The notes beneath the pieces were generated by a model. That model was given only the letters and a program-made list of their open reading frames with translations, made no database searches and was not told the origin of the DNA. From an uncultured archaeon (GTDB taxonomy: Archaea > Aenigmatarchaeota > Aenigmatarchaeia > Aenigmatarchaeales > Aenigmatarchaeaceae), in assembly GCA_964347265.1 (NCBI GenBank), contig CAYFXV010000001.1, forward strand, positions 115,876 through 179,875: 64,000 nucleotides of DNA, given 5' to 3'. The stretch's first letter is position 1, and each line of letters begins with the position of its first letter. Position numbers and translations under genes: made by a program. Below, piece by piece: positions 15,001-30,000 of this stretch.

Positions 15001-18000
15001 TGATTTGTGTGGTAGTCCTGGTGCATGGCAGTTAACAGGAAGTAACACTTCTGTATCTGGTATTAATACAACTGTCACATTCACCAAGAGTAATTTTGAT
15101 GAGGATGCTATAGATTCTGGTGGTAAGTGGCAGTATAAATTCAATGTTACTGATTATGTATCTGCTATTCCAAATTATGATGGATGGGATAATAACGAGA
15201 CTCTTATTTATAATTTCACCTTACAGCCAGATGATATTAACATCACATATTTCTGGGGTAATAATTCTGTTGTTAATAGAAGTATTGCACCTTCTCAGTC
15301 CAATGTTACTTTGAGTGTTAGGGTGTATGATACTGATAGGAATGCTTTATTAAGTGCTGGTGCTGGTGGTACAGGTAAGTTCTATGTTACAACTGACCCT
15401 TATGATACTAACAGTTTTATTGTTGATAAATCCGGAATATCTGTTACTGGTAACGGATTCATTAATGAAACATTTCCAAATACTCTTTACCCATCTAGTA
15501 GCGAACCTTGTAATTATTCTATTGGACCTCTTAGATGGAGAGCTGAATATTCTGGAAGCGCTTATGAAGCTACCAACTCTAGTGATTTCTTTGTTAATCT
15601 AACAACTTATCCATTACAAGTGAATCTATATAACCCAGATAATGATACATTCAGGAGGAATGTAGACCCGATTCCTTATATTGGTAATGTTACTGACGAT
15701 TGTACTGATGTATTGGGAACTGGTGTTAGTAATGTGACTACAGTCACGTTCCAAGGTTATTATGGTACTAACTATCCATCATGGGCTCTTTGTCAGGATG
15801 GTTCAGTCACTGATAATAATAATGGAACTTATAATTGTTCAGTAACATCATCAGCTGTTGCTGCTTTTAATAGGTATAATCTTACATTTAATGCTACCAA
15901 AGAGTATTATAATGATTCAAACACAACAGAGATAATTGATTCATTCTGGATTGTTACTAACCCAAGACTGGATGGTGAAGGTGTTACCACAGATGATCAA
16001 GGAAGTGTTCACCCTTATAGCTGGGGTGCTGTATGGACATTCTCTGTCACTGTCACTAATCCAGATGTGTCTCAGTATACATTTGATGATATGAATTTAT
16101 CATTATGGTTGAATCTAACTGGTGATTGGGAACTTGCTAATTCTACCATAGCTGATGCAGATGATAGTGACTATGCTACTGGTAAACAAGTTAGCTTTAT
16201 ACAGTATTTTGATTGCGGTGATGTTGGCAGTAAGCAGTATAAGTTCAATATCACTAGTTTCTGGAATTATAACAATACCACAGCTGCTAATGGATTTAGT
16301 ATAGACAAGGATGATGTTACTGCTGTGTTTGGTTCTGATCCTGATAACATCAATAGAGAATCTGGAAGTGAATTGTTTGTGTTCAGGATAAGAGACGATG
16401 ATAATTCATCTTCTTATGTGACTAACAGTAGTACTAATGTTACTATTTACTTTGCTTATGAGGAGAATCTTAATGAGTATAATATATCTTATACTGTTAA
16501 TCCTAATTCAACCGGATATTTGAATTACAGTCTGGATCCTGATTGTAATTATTCAACTGGGATACACTATTGGAAAGGTGGAATTGAAGAAGATGGTTGC
16601 TACTATGGTGACAATATATCTGCTGCGACTTACAATATCACTGGACAGTTGAAGAACAATTTGACATTACCTGTTTATAATTCCAATTATAATGTTACTG
16701 ACCAGATACCTGTTAACTTTTCAACATTAAGTGATTGTTCTAATGATAGAACAGATGAGAATCCTGTTATCAATGCTAGTGATTTTAGTATTGAAATGAG
16801 TCTGGATGGCAGTAGTTGGAGCGAATGTTCTTCAGATAATAGTTATCTGGGTTGGTATAATTGTACATGGAACTCTACTGATAAATCAGAAGGCCAGTGG
16901 GATGTTAGGGTCAATTCTTCTAAGGATGGATGGTTCTACTCTAACTCTTCTATATACACTGACTGGTTTAATTTGTTGAACTGGAATGTTACTAATACTT
17001 CTGTTCCTGCTGTATCTCCTACAGAGGATGGATGGACCAGAACTTATAACTATACTGTGAATGTTTCTGACCAGGAAGGAGATACAATCAATTGTTCATT
17101 GTTTATTAGTAAGGATGACCAAGCAACATGGACTTACAATGGTTCTTACATAGTTTCCGGTACACCTGGCATTGTTACTACTGGAACATGTTTTATAGAG
17201 ATTAATGACTTTACTTGTGCTAATATGGGAACGGATAATTGGTTCAAGTGGAGAATAGAGAATGGTGAGCCACAGAATGCTTGGAACACTTCAGCTATTC
17301 AAGGTCCTAATCTTACTGAGAGTAATGTTACTGTTATTCTTATAGAGGGTGATGATTATGTGTTTAATAGGAGTTATGGCGGTAATCAGGTTAGAAGGTT
17401 AGGTGTTAATGTTTATGACGATGATAACAACAGTTTTAATCCAAATATCTATGTTAGTTTCTGGATAACTAATGATACTTCTTCCTATAGACTTGAAACA
17501 AACAATACTACTGATTCCTCTGGAAATGCCAGTTATTATTTTGATCCTAATTGTACTCATTCAGTTGGCATGCAGTATTGGGTGGCTGGAGTTACTGATA
17601 ATTGTTATGAGGATATGAATGCTACTTCAACTAACTTCACTCTCAATGTCACTGGTGATTTGAAGTTCAACATAACATCTCCAGTTAATGATACTTATCA
17701 GGGAACCAAGTATATTAGAGGTGTTGATAACATTACATTCAGAGGTAATATTTCTGATGAGTGCGGTGCTGATATAACCAGCGCTGTGATTAACTTCACT
17801 GCTATACAATCTGGAGAAGAGCACATGTGTTCTTCTGTTAACAATGAGGGTGATGGATTCTATAATTGTACTGTTGATGGAAGCGATACATCTTCTTGGA
17901 GTCCATCCAATTATCAATCCAGTATTAGTTATTCTGTTAAATTCAATGCCACTGCTAGTTTCTATAATTATAATGAAACTATAGATACTTGTTCGCCTGC

Positions 18001-21000
18001 TACTTCTGGTTCTGGGTGTACTGATAGTAAGAGAGGATTCTTATTAGAGACCACGCCTAATCTCACCGATCCTGGTGTCAGTCCATCAGGTGATGGTGGT
18101 TGGGGAGAGACATGGACATTCACTGTTAATTCTACTGATGAGGATTATGATAATCTAAGGGTTAGATTATGGATTAGGAAGTGTGATGATGATTTGTGTG
18201 GTAGTCCTGGTGCATGGCAGTTAACAGGAAGTAACACTTCTGTATCTGGTATTAATACAACTGTCACATTCACCAAGAGTAATTTTGATGAGGATGCTAT
18301 AGATTCTGGTGGTAAGTGGCAGTATAAATTCAATGTTACTGATTATGTATCTGCTATTCCAAATTATGATGGATGGGATAATAACGAGACTCTTATTTAT
18401 AATTTCACCTTACAGCCAGATGATATTAACATCACATATTTCTGGGGTAATAATTCTGTTGTTAATAGAAGTATTGCACCTTCTCAGTCCAATGTTACTT
18501 TGAGTGTTAGGGTGTATGATACTGATAGGAATGCTTTATTAAGTGCTGGTGCTGGTGGTACAGGTAAGTTCTATGTTACAACTGACCCTTATGATACTAA
18601 TAGTTTTATTGTTGATAAATCTGGAGTATCTGTTACTGGTAACGGATTCATTAATGAGACATTTCCAAATAGTGGTGTTTGTAACTATTCTATAGGACCC
18701 CTTAGATGGAGAGCTGAATATAGTGGAACTGCTTATAATGATACAAATTCATCAGATTTTTATGATGATTTCTTTGTTAATCTAACAACTTATCCATTAC
18801 AAGTGAATCTATATAACCCAGATAATGATACATTCAGGAGGAATGTAGACCCGATTCCTTATATTGGTAATGTTACTGACGATTGTACTGATGTATTGGG
18901 AACTGGTGTTAGTAATGTGACTACAGTCACGTTCCAAGGTTATTATGGTACTAACTATCCATCATGGGCTCTTTGTCAGGATGGTTCAGTCACTGATAAT
19001 AATAATGGAACTTATAATTGTTCAGTAACATCATCAGCTGTTGCTGCTTTTAATAGGTATAATCTTACATTTAATGCTACCAAAGAGTATTATAATGATT
19101 CAAACACAACAGAGATAATTGATTCATTCTGGATTGTTACTAACCCAAGACTGGATGGTGAAGGTGTTACCACAGATGATCAAGGAAGCCTTAATCCTTA
19201 CAGTTGGGGTGCCACATGGACATTCTCTGTCACTGTTACTAATCCAGATGTAACTGGATATAGTTTTGATGATATGAACTTATCATTATGGTTGAATCTA
19301 ACTGGTGATTGGGAACTTGCTAATTCAACTACATGTGATGCAGATGATAGTGATTATGCTTCAGGAAAATCTGTTAGCTTTATACAGGACTTTGATTGTG
19401 GTGATGTTGGTAGTAAAGAGTACAAATTCAATATTACTAGTTTCTGGAATTATAATAATACAACGTCTGCCAATGGATTCAGTATTTTAAAGGATGATGT
19501 CACTATTATATCTGATTCTGACCCAGCTAACATCAATAGAGAATCTGGAAGTGGATTGTTTGTGTTCAGGATAAGGGATGATGATAATGCTTCATCTTAT
19601 GTGACTAACAGTAGTACTAATGCTGCTATTTACTTTAGTTATGAAAATGTTAGTGAGCACAATATATCTTATACTGTTAATCCTAATTCAACCGGATATT
19701 TGAATTACAGTCTGGATCCTGATTGTAATTATTCAACTGGAATACATTATTGGAAAGGAGGAACCACTACTGATGACTGTTATTATGCTGTTAATTTATC
19801 TTCCGATCCTACATTCAATGTTACTGGACAATTGAAAAACTCTATTATACAACCTTCAGAAGATTCTGAATTCGCGATGGGAACCTTAGTAAACATAACA
19901 TCAAATATAAGTTCTGATTGTCAAGAAAATGTAAGCAGTGCAACTGTAACGCACGAAGCAAGTTTATATGGATCAGGAACTTGGGAATGGGCCAACATAT
20001 CAGCAATAGAGAATGAAGAGTTTGGAAAATATAACAGTACTTGGAACACTACTTTCAATCAAGGAGGAAATTGGAGCTTTAAAATAAATGCAAGTAAATT
20101 AAATTACTATTCTAATTCAACAATATTTACTAATTGGACTTATTTGAATAATACGGCGCCAACAGCTGAAAATGCTTCTGTATCTCCAGAAACTGATGGT
20201 TGGGGATCTAATTATAGTTTTAGCATTAGTGTAGATGATATGCAGTATGATAATGTTACATGTAAGTTGTTTACTTATACTGCAGGTTCTTGGTCTTATA
20301 GGGGAAACGATACTGTCTATTTGGGAGTAGGAAATTGTACAGTTAATGTTACAGACTTTACATGTAGTGATATTAATACAACATCATTAAATTGGTTCAA
20401 ATGGGAAATAGATGATGCTACAAATGTATTCAATACTTCAAATGTTTCAGCACCGTCCATAACAAAAGATAATGTGACAATATATTATGAGTATGGTAAT
20501 AATAGCACAGCAAATAGAAACATGTCTCAAACAGATTTATTAATAGTAAGAATATTTGATAATAATTCTCAAAAATATGTTGGCTCACAAATTCCTAATG
20601 CAACTGGAAGAATATTTGTAACAACTAATGGAAATGATTTTGATTCTGGAACTCAGAATACAACTAATTCTTCAGGTTACTTAAATATTTATTTTGATGC
20701 CACTGGCGACTTTAGTGTTGGATTGCAGAATTGGACTGGAGGAACATATGGTGATAGCTGTTATTATGATGCTAACTTGACTCAAAACTATACTTTAATA
20801 GTTAAAGGAGATTTGGCAAACTCTATTAGTTCTTGGATTTCTCCAGGTGGAAAAGGCGAGTCTGTTGTTAAACCTGATAATGTTAGCTTCCAGATGCTAG
20901 TTAAAGATGATGAAGATTTGGGTATTACAGGAGCTTCTCTAAATGTTACTTTTATTAACAGTTTATATGGAAATAATTTTACTTGTGATACTATAATGGA

Positions 21001-24000
21001 AATTAGTAATGGTTATTACAATTGTACCATCAATACAACATTAATGAGTGCAGGTTGGTACAACATAACTATTGACTCAAATAAGACTTATTATAATGAT
21101 GGATATTATTTTGATTCTGATGTTTTCTATGTAGAAACTATACCAGCATTAATCACACCAATAATTTTATCTCATAACGGAAGTGATATTGGGGGTTGGG
21201 GAGAGACATGGACTGCAATAACAAATGTTACTGATGAAGATCAAGATAATGTTACATTGAAAGTTCAAGTAAAGAAATACACGGATCCTGATACTCCAGC
21301 TAATTGGTTAGATGAAAATCAGTCAAGTTATTTCGACAATCCAGATTTGAGAGGACCTGTAAATCAAACTATTAATTTAACTTTCCAAGATTTGGACTTC
21401 ATGGATGATCAAGTAGTTTGGCAAGTTAGATTCATGGTCAATGATACTGACGGTTATGGTTCTATTTCAAGTTACACTAATTTCACAATAGACAAAGATG
21501 ATATTCTTATTGAATTACTTTATGGAGATAATGAAGAGGTTTGGAGGAATGGAACAGAAACTCTATCCTTAATATTAAACGTAACAGATCTTGATCAAAA
21601 TCTACCAGCAGATCAAGTGAATATGACCTTTTATATAACAACAAACAGTAGTGATCCTGAAAGTTTTGATGGCGGAGCAACATATCAAACTAATACAAGT
21701 GGGATTTCTGAATATCCATTTCAGCCAGATTGTCTTTATTCAACAGGTGAGCAGACATGGTATGGAAAAAATAATCCTGACCCTTATTATAAATACAATT
21801 TCACACAAAATTACAGTTTAAATATAAAATCTTACATTGCTTTAGAAGTTAATTATCCAACTGGTCAAAGTTTTCTTATAGGTGCACAAATACCATTTAT
21901 TGGAAGAGTTTTTGATGAGTGCTTCAACATTTCTAATGCTGAAGTTAATTTTTATGACAGACGACCTGGAGCAACTGAAAGATTTTATACATGTTACGGT
22001 ACTACAGATTGGGGAAACGGAACTTACAACTGTACATGGGATTCTAGCAATAAGCCTCCTGGTTGGCATGGTGTAAAAATAGAAGCAAGAAAAGAGTATC
22101 ATGGAAACTATCCAAATTATAATCAAACAATACGTTATATTGATGGATACGAAACTCACCACCTTTCAACTCAACCTTCAATTTCACTTGGTTGGAGTAG
22201 CTATCCTTCTGTTGATCCAAAGGTTGATGGATGGGGTAAATTAAGAACTTTTCAAGCAAAAATAACTGATTTGGATGGAAGCTTAAATAACATAAGTTTA
22301 TGGAAAAGTTTCGATAATAATACTTGGTATTTGATTAATTCAACTAACATGTCACCTCAAGGTGTAGATGTACAGGTAAGATATAATTTAAGTGGTGTAT
22401 TAACAGATCCATTTAAAAACAGATTTAGTTGTGACGATCTTTCTAATTCAACAGGTGGAATAGTTTATTTCAAATTCAACACAACAGACATATTTGGATA
22501 CGGTGACGAAAGTGAGATTGATAACTTTACTGTACAAGTTGATAATGTTACTTTGACTCTGGACCCATTAAGTAATACGACTACAAGAAGAATAGCAGAT
22601 AATAAAGCATATCTTAGATTCACGATAAGAGATGATGACTATGGTAATTATTATCCTGATAATGTAAATGGTAGTGTATGGATTACATTAAATGGAACAA
22701 ATTATAGTTATAATATTACAAATAGTTCTTACTCTGGAAACCTTACAGTATATTATAACTCTACTTGTAATTCAGATGTAGGCATTCAATATTGGAAAGG
22801 TGGAACAATAGATTCTTGTTATGAGATGAAAAACACAACTAATGAAACTTTAACTGTTTATGGTCAATTGAATGTTTCTTTGATAAGTCCACCAAATGAA
22901 TCTGTAATAAATCGTGATAAAAATGTTAGTTTAAATTCAAGTGTAGAAGATGAATGCAGTCAAAGTATTTTCGATGCAACAGTTAATTGGTACAACTCTA
23001 GCTCATACTCATTAGGAAACGATTATAATGTAACTTGGCACATTCCTGTTGAGTATAAATTAGGTAATGAAACAATTATAACAAATGCAACAAGAACTTA
23101 TTATGACTACGACAGCAATAACACAACTGTATATGTTTATGGTTGGAGTGATGTTAGTTATATAGAACCATTAAATGAAACAACCTATGATTCAGGAGAT
23201 GGTGTTGATATAGCATGTCGTGTTATAGATAGTAATACCACGCAACCGATAGCAAATTATGCTGTGTTTATTTATGTAAATGATGAATCTCTAGAAAACT
23301 TAACCACTGATTCAAATGGTTGGATAAATACAAGTTGGGACACAAGTGGTAAATCAGCAGGATGGTATAACATAACTTGTTCAATAGAAGATAATTCAAC
23401 TCTGTATTATAATACTTCTGCCTCACAAAATGAAACTTGGATAATGTTAGAAAGGCCGCTTAAAATAAATATAATACGTATGGATGGTTCTGCATGTCAA
23501 CAAGGACTTGTATGTAAATGGATATACAGAAATGATACATTTAGTCCATATAAAGTAAACATAACTGTTCATGTTATGGATGCCAGCATCGGAAGCGCAC
23601 AAGATGCAAATGTGACATTTTATAATTCTACTAACTTTTTAGGAAATTGTACTACAAACTCTACAGGTTGGTGTTATTTAGAGAATTACAATCCTGCCAA
23701 CAACACAAACCCAGCCATTATTACAATTTATATTAATGCAACAAGACCTGAAAATGAAGACTCTGTCACAAATACTAGTTTGTTAAGAGTAAAAGGAATA
23801 TTAAATGTTACAGTTATATCACCACCTGACATAGTACGTTGTGGTGCAAGTGGTTATGATTGTTCAAAATCTGAAGCAATTAATTTAACTGTTGATGTTT
23901 TTAGTGAAAACGGAGAAAATGCATCAACATTAAATCCAACTGTCACTTGGTATAATGAAACCTCGCAAGTAACTTCTGGTGGTGTAAGTATATTATTGCC

Positions 24001-27000
24001 TCAAACAAAAGTTAAGGAGCAAGATACTGGAAATCATAATTTCATGGCTGTGGCAACTAAAGACAATTATGATGATGGAAGCGCTAATGTTACATTTAAC
24101 ATATCTGGTGTTGTTACTGTTACTTGGATTTCTCCAACTGTAGAAACTCCTTATCCCTATGATTTCTATCCTACTTGTTATGTAGAAGATGAAGATGCGG
24201 GAATAGGAGTTGATGAATATTTAGTTAATTTCTCTTATAAGTGGGAACCGACACCAGATTTCACATTTAATGGAACCTATTTAACAAACTCAAGTGGTTA
24301 TGCAAATTATACTTTCACACCAACACAAAAAGGAAATATATCATTTAACTGCACAATAGGAGATAATACAAGTAGATATTATTCAAAAAGTCCTACACAA
24401 TATTTTGACATAGAATACGATATTTGGGTAAAAGATTTAGATCCACCAGAATTTTATAATGTTTCTATAGTACCTAATGAAAGCATGGAAGCAAATCTTA
24501 ATTATACTAACATAACTGTTTTTGTTAATGATAATTATGAAATAAAAACCGTTAAGGTTTATATAGAGTATCCAAATACTACCACTGAAAACTTAACAAT
24601 GACAAATCTAACTCCAATACAAAGTGAATTTGGTTATTATAATGCAACTTATAATCTTACATTTACTCCTCCGATAGGAGGTATCTATAACATAACTATT
24701 TATGCTATAGACGGAGATACAGAAAACAATTATAATTCTACATCAAAATATAACATAAGTGTCTGGGGAGGAATAAATGGTTCTGTTAGTCAATGTGTTA
24801 ACAATACAAATGATGGTGATTTAACAGACTGTGATTCTGACATAACTGCACCATTTATTTCACAAACAAATAGCTTTACATTTGAAGTAAGATCAAACTT
24901 CACAAACTTAGGTCCAGCCGGTGCATATGAAATTAATTTAACTCATTCAGAAGATCCAGTTGGATCCTTAACATATGATGATCCATACCATGAATGTGGT
25001 CTTTTGTATCCAAATGAAACTTGTTCATGGAACTTTAATGTTACTGTTCCTGCAGCCAAACCTCCTGGATTATATTTAACTCATGTAAATTCAACATGGA
25101 AGAATCCTGATAATACATATCAAACAGTGTATAATACAACTTATATTAGTGTTGATTCCAACCCAATAATAAACATAACTGAAACTGAATTGATAAAAGA
25201 TATAGCACACAATCAAACAACATATATTGGAAACATAACTATTGTTTCTGCTGGTAATGATGAAGTAAGAAACATTACTTTATCTTGGTATGGTATTAGC
25301 GGAGTAATGGGTTATTATAATTTGGCACTTAATTGTCCGCTCTGTTCACTTGATATATCACCAAATCAAGAAACCGTTTTATTTGCAGCAGACAACTTTA
25401 CTTCGCATATAAATATAAGTGTACCTGCTGGCCAAGAACCTGGAAATTATCTTGCAGACTTAATTGTAATGAGTGAAAATGCTGGAAATGATACTGCATT
25501 GTTGAACTTAACAGTACCTTTAAATGATTCATGGATCAGAACACCATTATCAGGTACATTCGGTACAATTTTAGCTCCGCTAAACACAAGCAATTTAATA
25601 GGATATATAAATGTAACGAACATTGGAAATATTAAGATTGCTTTTGAAGTAATTAAATCTGGAGATATCTATTCATATACAAAAATAGATAATCAAAACT
25701 GGTTTAGTTTTGATTTAGAAAAATTGGTAACAAGGCCATTAAATCTAACATATTCTATACCAGCTGCTGCTAGTGTTGGTGTTTATGATATTACTATTTA
25801 TATAAGGAATTTTTCTTTAACTGTACCACAACAAACCGTTAATTTTAGCTTAAATGTTACTGATGTACCACCAAATATAACAGATATTCAGATTGTTCCA
25901 ACATCATTTGAACAAGGTTATGAAAATGTAACTATACAAGCTAATGTAACAGACAATTTCGCAGTTGACAAAGTCTGGACCAATATAACTCCACCAAATG
26001 GAAGTAGTTTTATATTATTGATGCAAAACTATACAGGTTTTATATATAACATTACATATGTTTATCCTGTAGCAGGAACTCATGAAATTATAATATGTGC
26101 AAATGATAGTGCATCTTTATTAGCATGTACTTCACCAATAAATATTACAAGTTCTGATACAACTCAATTAACAATAAGTACAAATGCTACCCTATTAAAT
26201 GCTACACAAATAAGAATTGATTCTGGACAAGGTTTTGCAATTAACTTTTCCGTAAATAACATTGGAGCTTCAAGAGCAAATAATACTAATGTATCTATTT
26301 CATATCCAAGTAATATAACTGTATCTTATGACTATTTCGATTTTGGAGAAGTCCTGAAAAATACTTCAGAATATAATATAACAACAATAACTGTAGAGAA
26401 TGCCACCGCACCTGGAATCTATGTAGTCAATCTTACTGTTAGTTGGACCAACCTTAATAACACATTTAATTCAAGTCTATTTAACATAACCATAAATGTT
26501 ACACCAAATGCTGAAATCGATATTTTAGAAAATGTTATAAATAAAATAATTGAAGAAGGTGATTCAGACAATGCTACACTCACATTAAGATCTATTGGTA
26601 ATGATAATGTTACAAATGTTAATATAAGCTGTTCTTCAGGAGAAATTTGTGATCCAGTTAATAACTTTATAATTGACATTGAGCCTTGGAACATATCCTT
26701 AATGCCAATAGGTAACATAACTTATGTTAATATAACATTCGGTGTACCTTCAGGTTATCCAACTGGAGATCATAGTGGATACATAAGAGTTGATTGGAAT
26801 GATAGCACATCTACACAAAACTTCTCAGAAGAAATTCCTGTTAACATCCTAGTACCAGCAAATGTTTCATGGATACATAATCCAAAAACGATAGAGAAAA
26901 GAGTTTATGATAATGAAACAGGAAGTTATGGACAAATAAATATAACGAATACTGGGAATGCTAATGCTACACTAAACTTAACAATCAACGGAACCGTAGC

Positions 27001-30000
27001 TGAATGGTTGACATTAAGCAAATACAATATAACATTACTTTATGGTGAAATACAAACAATTTATGTTAATTACTCGTCTCCAAATATAACTTACAACACG
27101 AATTACACTGGTTATATAACTAGCAATATCACTGGAAGTTTAAGAGAAAATGCAACTACAAAAGAAGTGTCAACATTTGTAAGCTTATTTGTAAGTCCTT
27201 ATGGCGTAAACATAACTTATCCAACACAAAACAATCCTATCTTAGATGTTAATCCAGCAGATACTGTACAAGCAAAGGTTAACATAACTGAAAATGGAAC
27301 CATAGTGTCTTCTGCTGCAATGTTTGAAGTTACATTATTCAATGAAACGATGTCGAGTTCAGCAAATATTACTAGTTATCCTTTCAATGCTTCAGAAGGT
27401 TTTTGGTTAGTCAATTTCACAGCTCCGAATATTAGCATAGGAAGAATTTATAATTTAAATATTAGTGCAAACCATACTGGAGTTTATAATAATACAAGAT
27501 ATGATATTGAGTATGACTCTATAGTTTATAATGATACTACAGCACCTATTATAGATGTTATTTTTCCTGTAAGAACGCCTGCAAATCAAACTGTAAATAT
27601 AAAAATAAATATAACTGAATATGGTGGTTTAAAAAATATAACTGCAAACATTACTCATCCTGACAATTCATCTGAAATTGTTAACTTAACTTTCTTATCA
27701 AGAGTTTCTAATGCTTATACATATGAAAATAACTTTTCTAATACATCTCAAATAGGTATTTATGTTTTAAATACAACAGCATGTGACATTTCAGACAATT
27801 GTAATTCAACATCTTCCTCTTTTGAAATTTATCCAACTGCATACTTTAGTGGTCATGCAGTAGATGTAGAATCAGTAGGTGAAGAACCTATATACATTAA
27901 TTTCACATTTTATGATTCTAACACAACTACTATAAGGTTTAATTTTGGTACAAACTTAACTGACGGCTATTATAATGAAACTATTGATGTTAAATCATAT
28001 GATTTGAAAGTGAAAACTGTAAATCAAAGCTTCAGACATACTATTGAATTTAATACTATTAGCATTAGCAGTAATTATTATAATCCTATAATACTTGGTA
28101 ATATTCCAAGTGCTAGAACTACTATAAGTGCATTCAAAGGTCTTTACATTTATAGTAATTTGTCATCTTCTGATATGAAAATTATAATGGACTTTTCAGA
28201 ATGTTTGAGTAATGGTTGTGGTCCCCCTATTTATGATCCTCAACACTTAGCAATATACAAATACGATAGTAGCTGGACACCTAAAGTCACTTCTTCACAA
28301 AATACTTTATGGACTAGAATAAATAATGAAAATGGTGATAATGCAGATAATTCTGTTAATTTAACTACTCTTTCTGTTAGTGCAACTGTTTCATCACTAA
28401 ATGGAGCTTACATATTAGCTGAATTCATTTGTGGCGATGAAGAATGTGAAAACAGCTTTGGAGAAAGTACGAACAATTGTCCTATAGATTGTCCTAGCTT
28501 ACCACCAACACCACCTACAGAACCAACAGAACCAACACCTGGAGGAGGTGGAGGAGGTGCTGGTATGGGTACTGGAATAGCAGGTGTAGCAGGTGCTGGA
28601 GGTGCAGCTGCAGCAATAACCCCTGCTCAACCGCTTCCTGTACCATTAGAAATAAAATCAACTTTATTAGAGACTACATTAGCTCCAGGTGAAGAAAAAA
28701 TATTTTCAGTAGATATAACAAACAATTTAGACAGTGGTGCCACAGCAACACTTTTTGTTGAAGGACCTGTATTTGCTTTGTTGACTGTTCAAAAACCATC
28801 AATGTCAATAAAAGCAAAATCAACAGAAGTTAGTGAAATAAGAGCAGCAGCACCAGTAGCTGCTGTACCTGGGATTTATACAGGTGATTTAGTTATTAAA
28901 TCTGGCAGTATTGTGCATAGAATTCCTGTAACTATAACAGTAGAACCTGTTGTGGAACCATTGTTGGATGTACAAGTAAAAGCCTTATCTAAGGAAATTA
29001 ATCCTGGCGCAAATGTCAGCTTTGAAATATCTTTAGTAAATATGGGTGAAACAGCAGAAGTAGAAGACATAACTGTTACATACTCTGTTAAACCAGTAGC
29101 GAATCAAACAAATATAATATCTACTAGTTCAGAAACTTTAGCAGTTGAGGATAAAGTCACATACAGAAGAACAATTGAAATTCCAGCAGACACTCCTGAA
29201 GAGAAATACATTATTGAAGCTAATGCAAGTTATTGGTATGGTACAAAGTTTGCTGTATCTGCTGATAATTTTGATGTAACCACATTGCCTTGGCCTTTGC
29301 TGTTATTAAAAGCAGCATTCATGAATTGGATAACTTATGTTATTTTACTTGGAGGGGTTCCTGCACTAATAATTGGTATAAGATGGTATTCTGCTTATAG
29401 AGCATCTAAAGCAGCTAAAGCAAGATATATAGCACCTCTTGACTTTAAAACATTGCCACAAAAAAGTCCAGATTCATTATTAGTTGGTAAAATTGCTGAA
29501 ACTGATGTAAAAGCTTATATGAGTATTCCTCAACTCTTGATGCACTCAATAGCTGCAGGTGGAACTGGATCTGGAAAGACAGTATCTGCTATGGTAGCTT
29601 CAGAAGAGTTACTAAAGAGAAAAGTTCCAATAATTGTTTTCGATCCAACAGCACAATGGACAGGTTTCATGAAACCATGCAGCCTAAAACCAATGCTTAA
29701 ATTATATTCAAGATTTGGATTAAAGCCAACTGACGCAACAAGGTTTAAGACAACTGTTATATTAGTTGAAAACCCAAATATGCCAATTAACATAAAAGAT
29801 TACATGAAACCTGGAGAAATGACTGTCTTTGTAATGAACAGATTGAAAGGAGAAGATTTGGATAGATTTGTTAGAAGAAGTATACAAGCAATATTTGACA
29901 TGAGACCAACAGAATCCAAGCAAATAAAATTACTTGTAGTCTATGACGAAGTTCACAGATTATTACCAAAATATGGAGGAAAGAAAGGATATATTGCAAT

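Noticed and set aside
3539-19760. Possibility that the perfect repeats are CRISPR-like or a mobile element
   Set aside because: The units are kilobase-sized, in-frame and coding, with no short repeat–spacer alternation. No transposase, integrase or terminal inverted repeats are present.
21842-22259. Short ORFs 21842..22162(-), 21882..22076(+), 22044..22259(-) and other ORFs under 110 aa inside the giant gene
   Set aside because: They are embedded in the 30-kb CDS in other frames, with no independent support.
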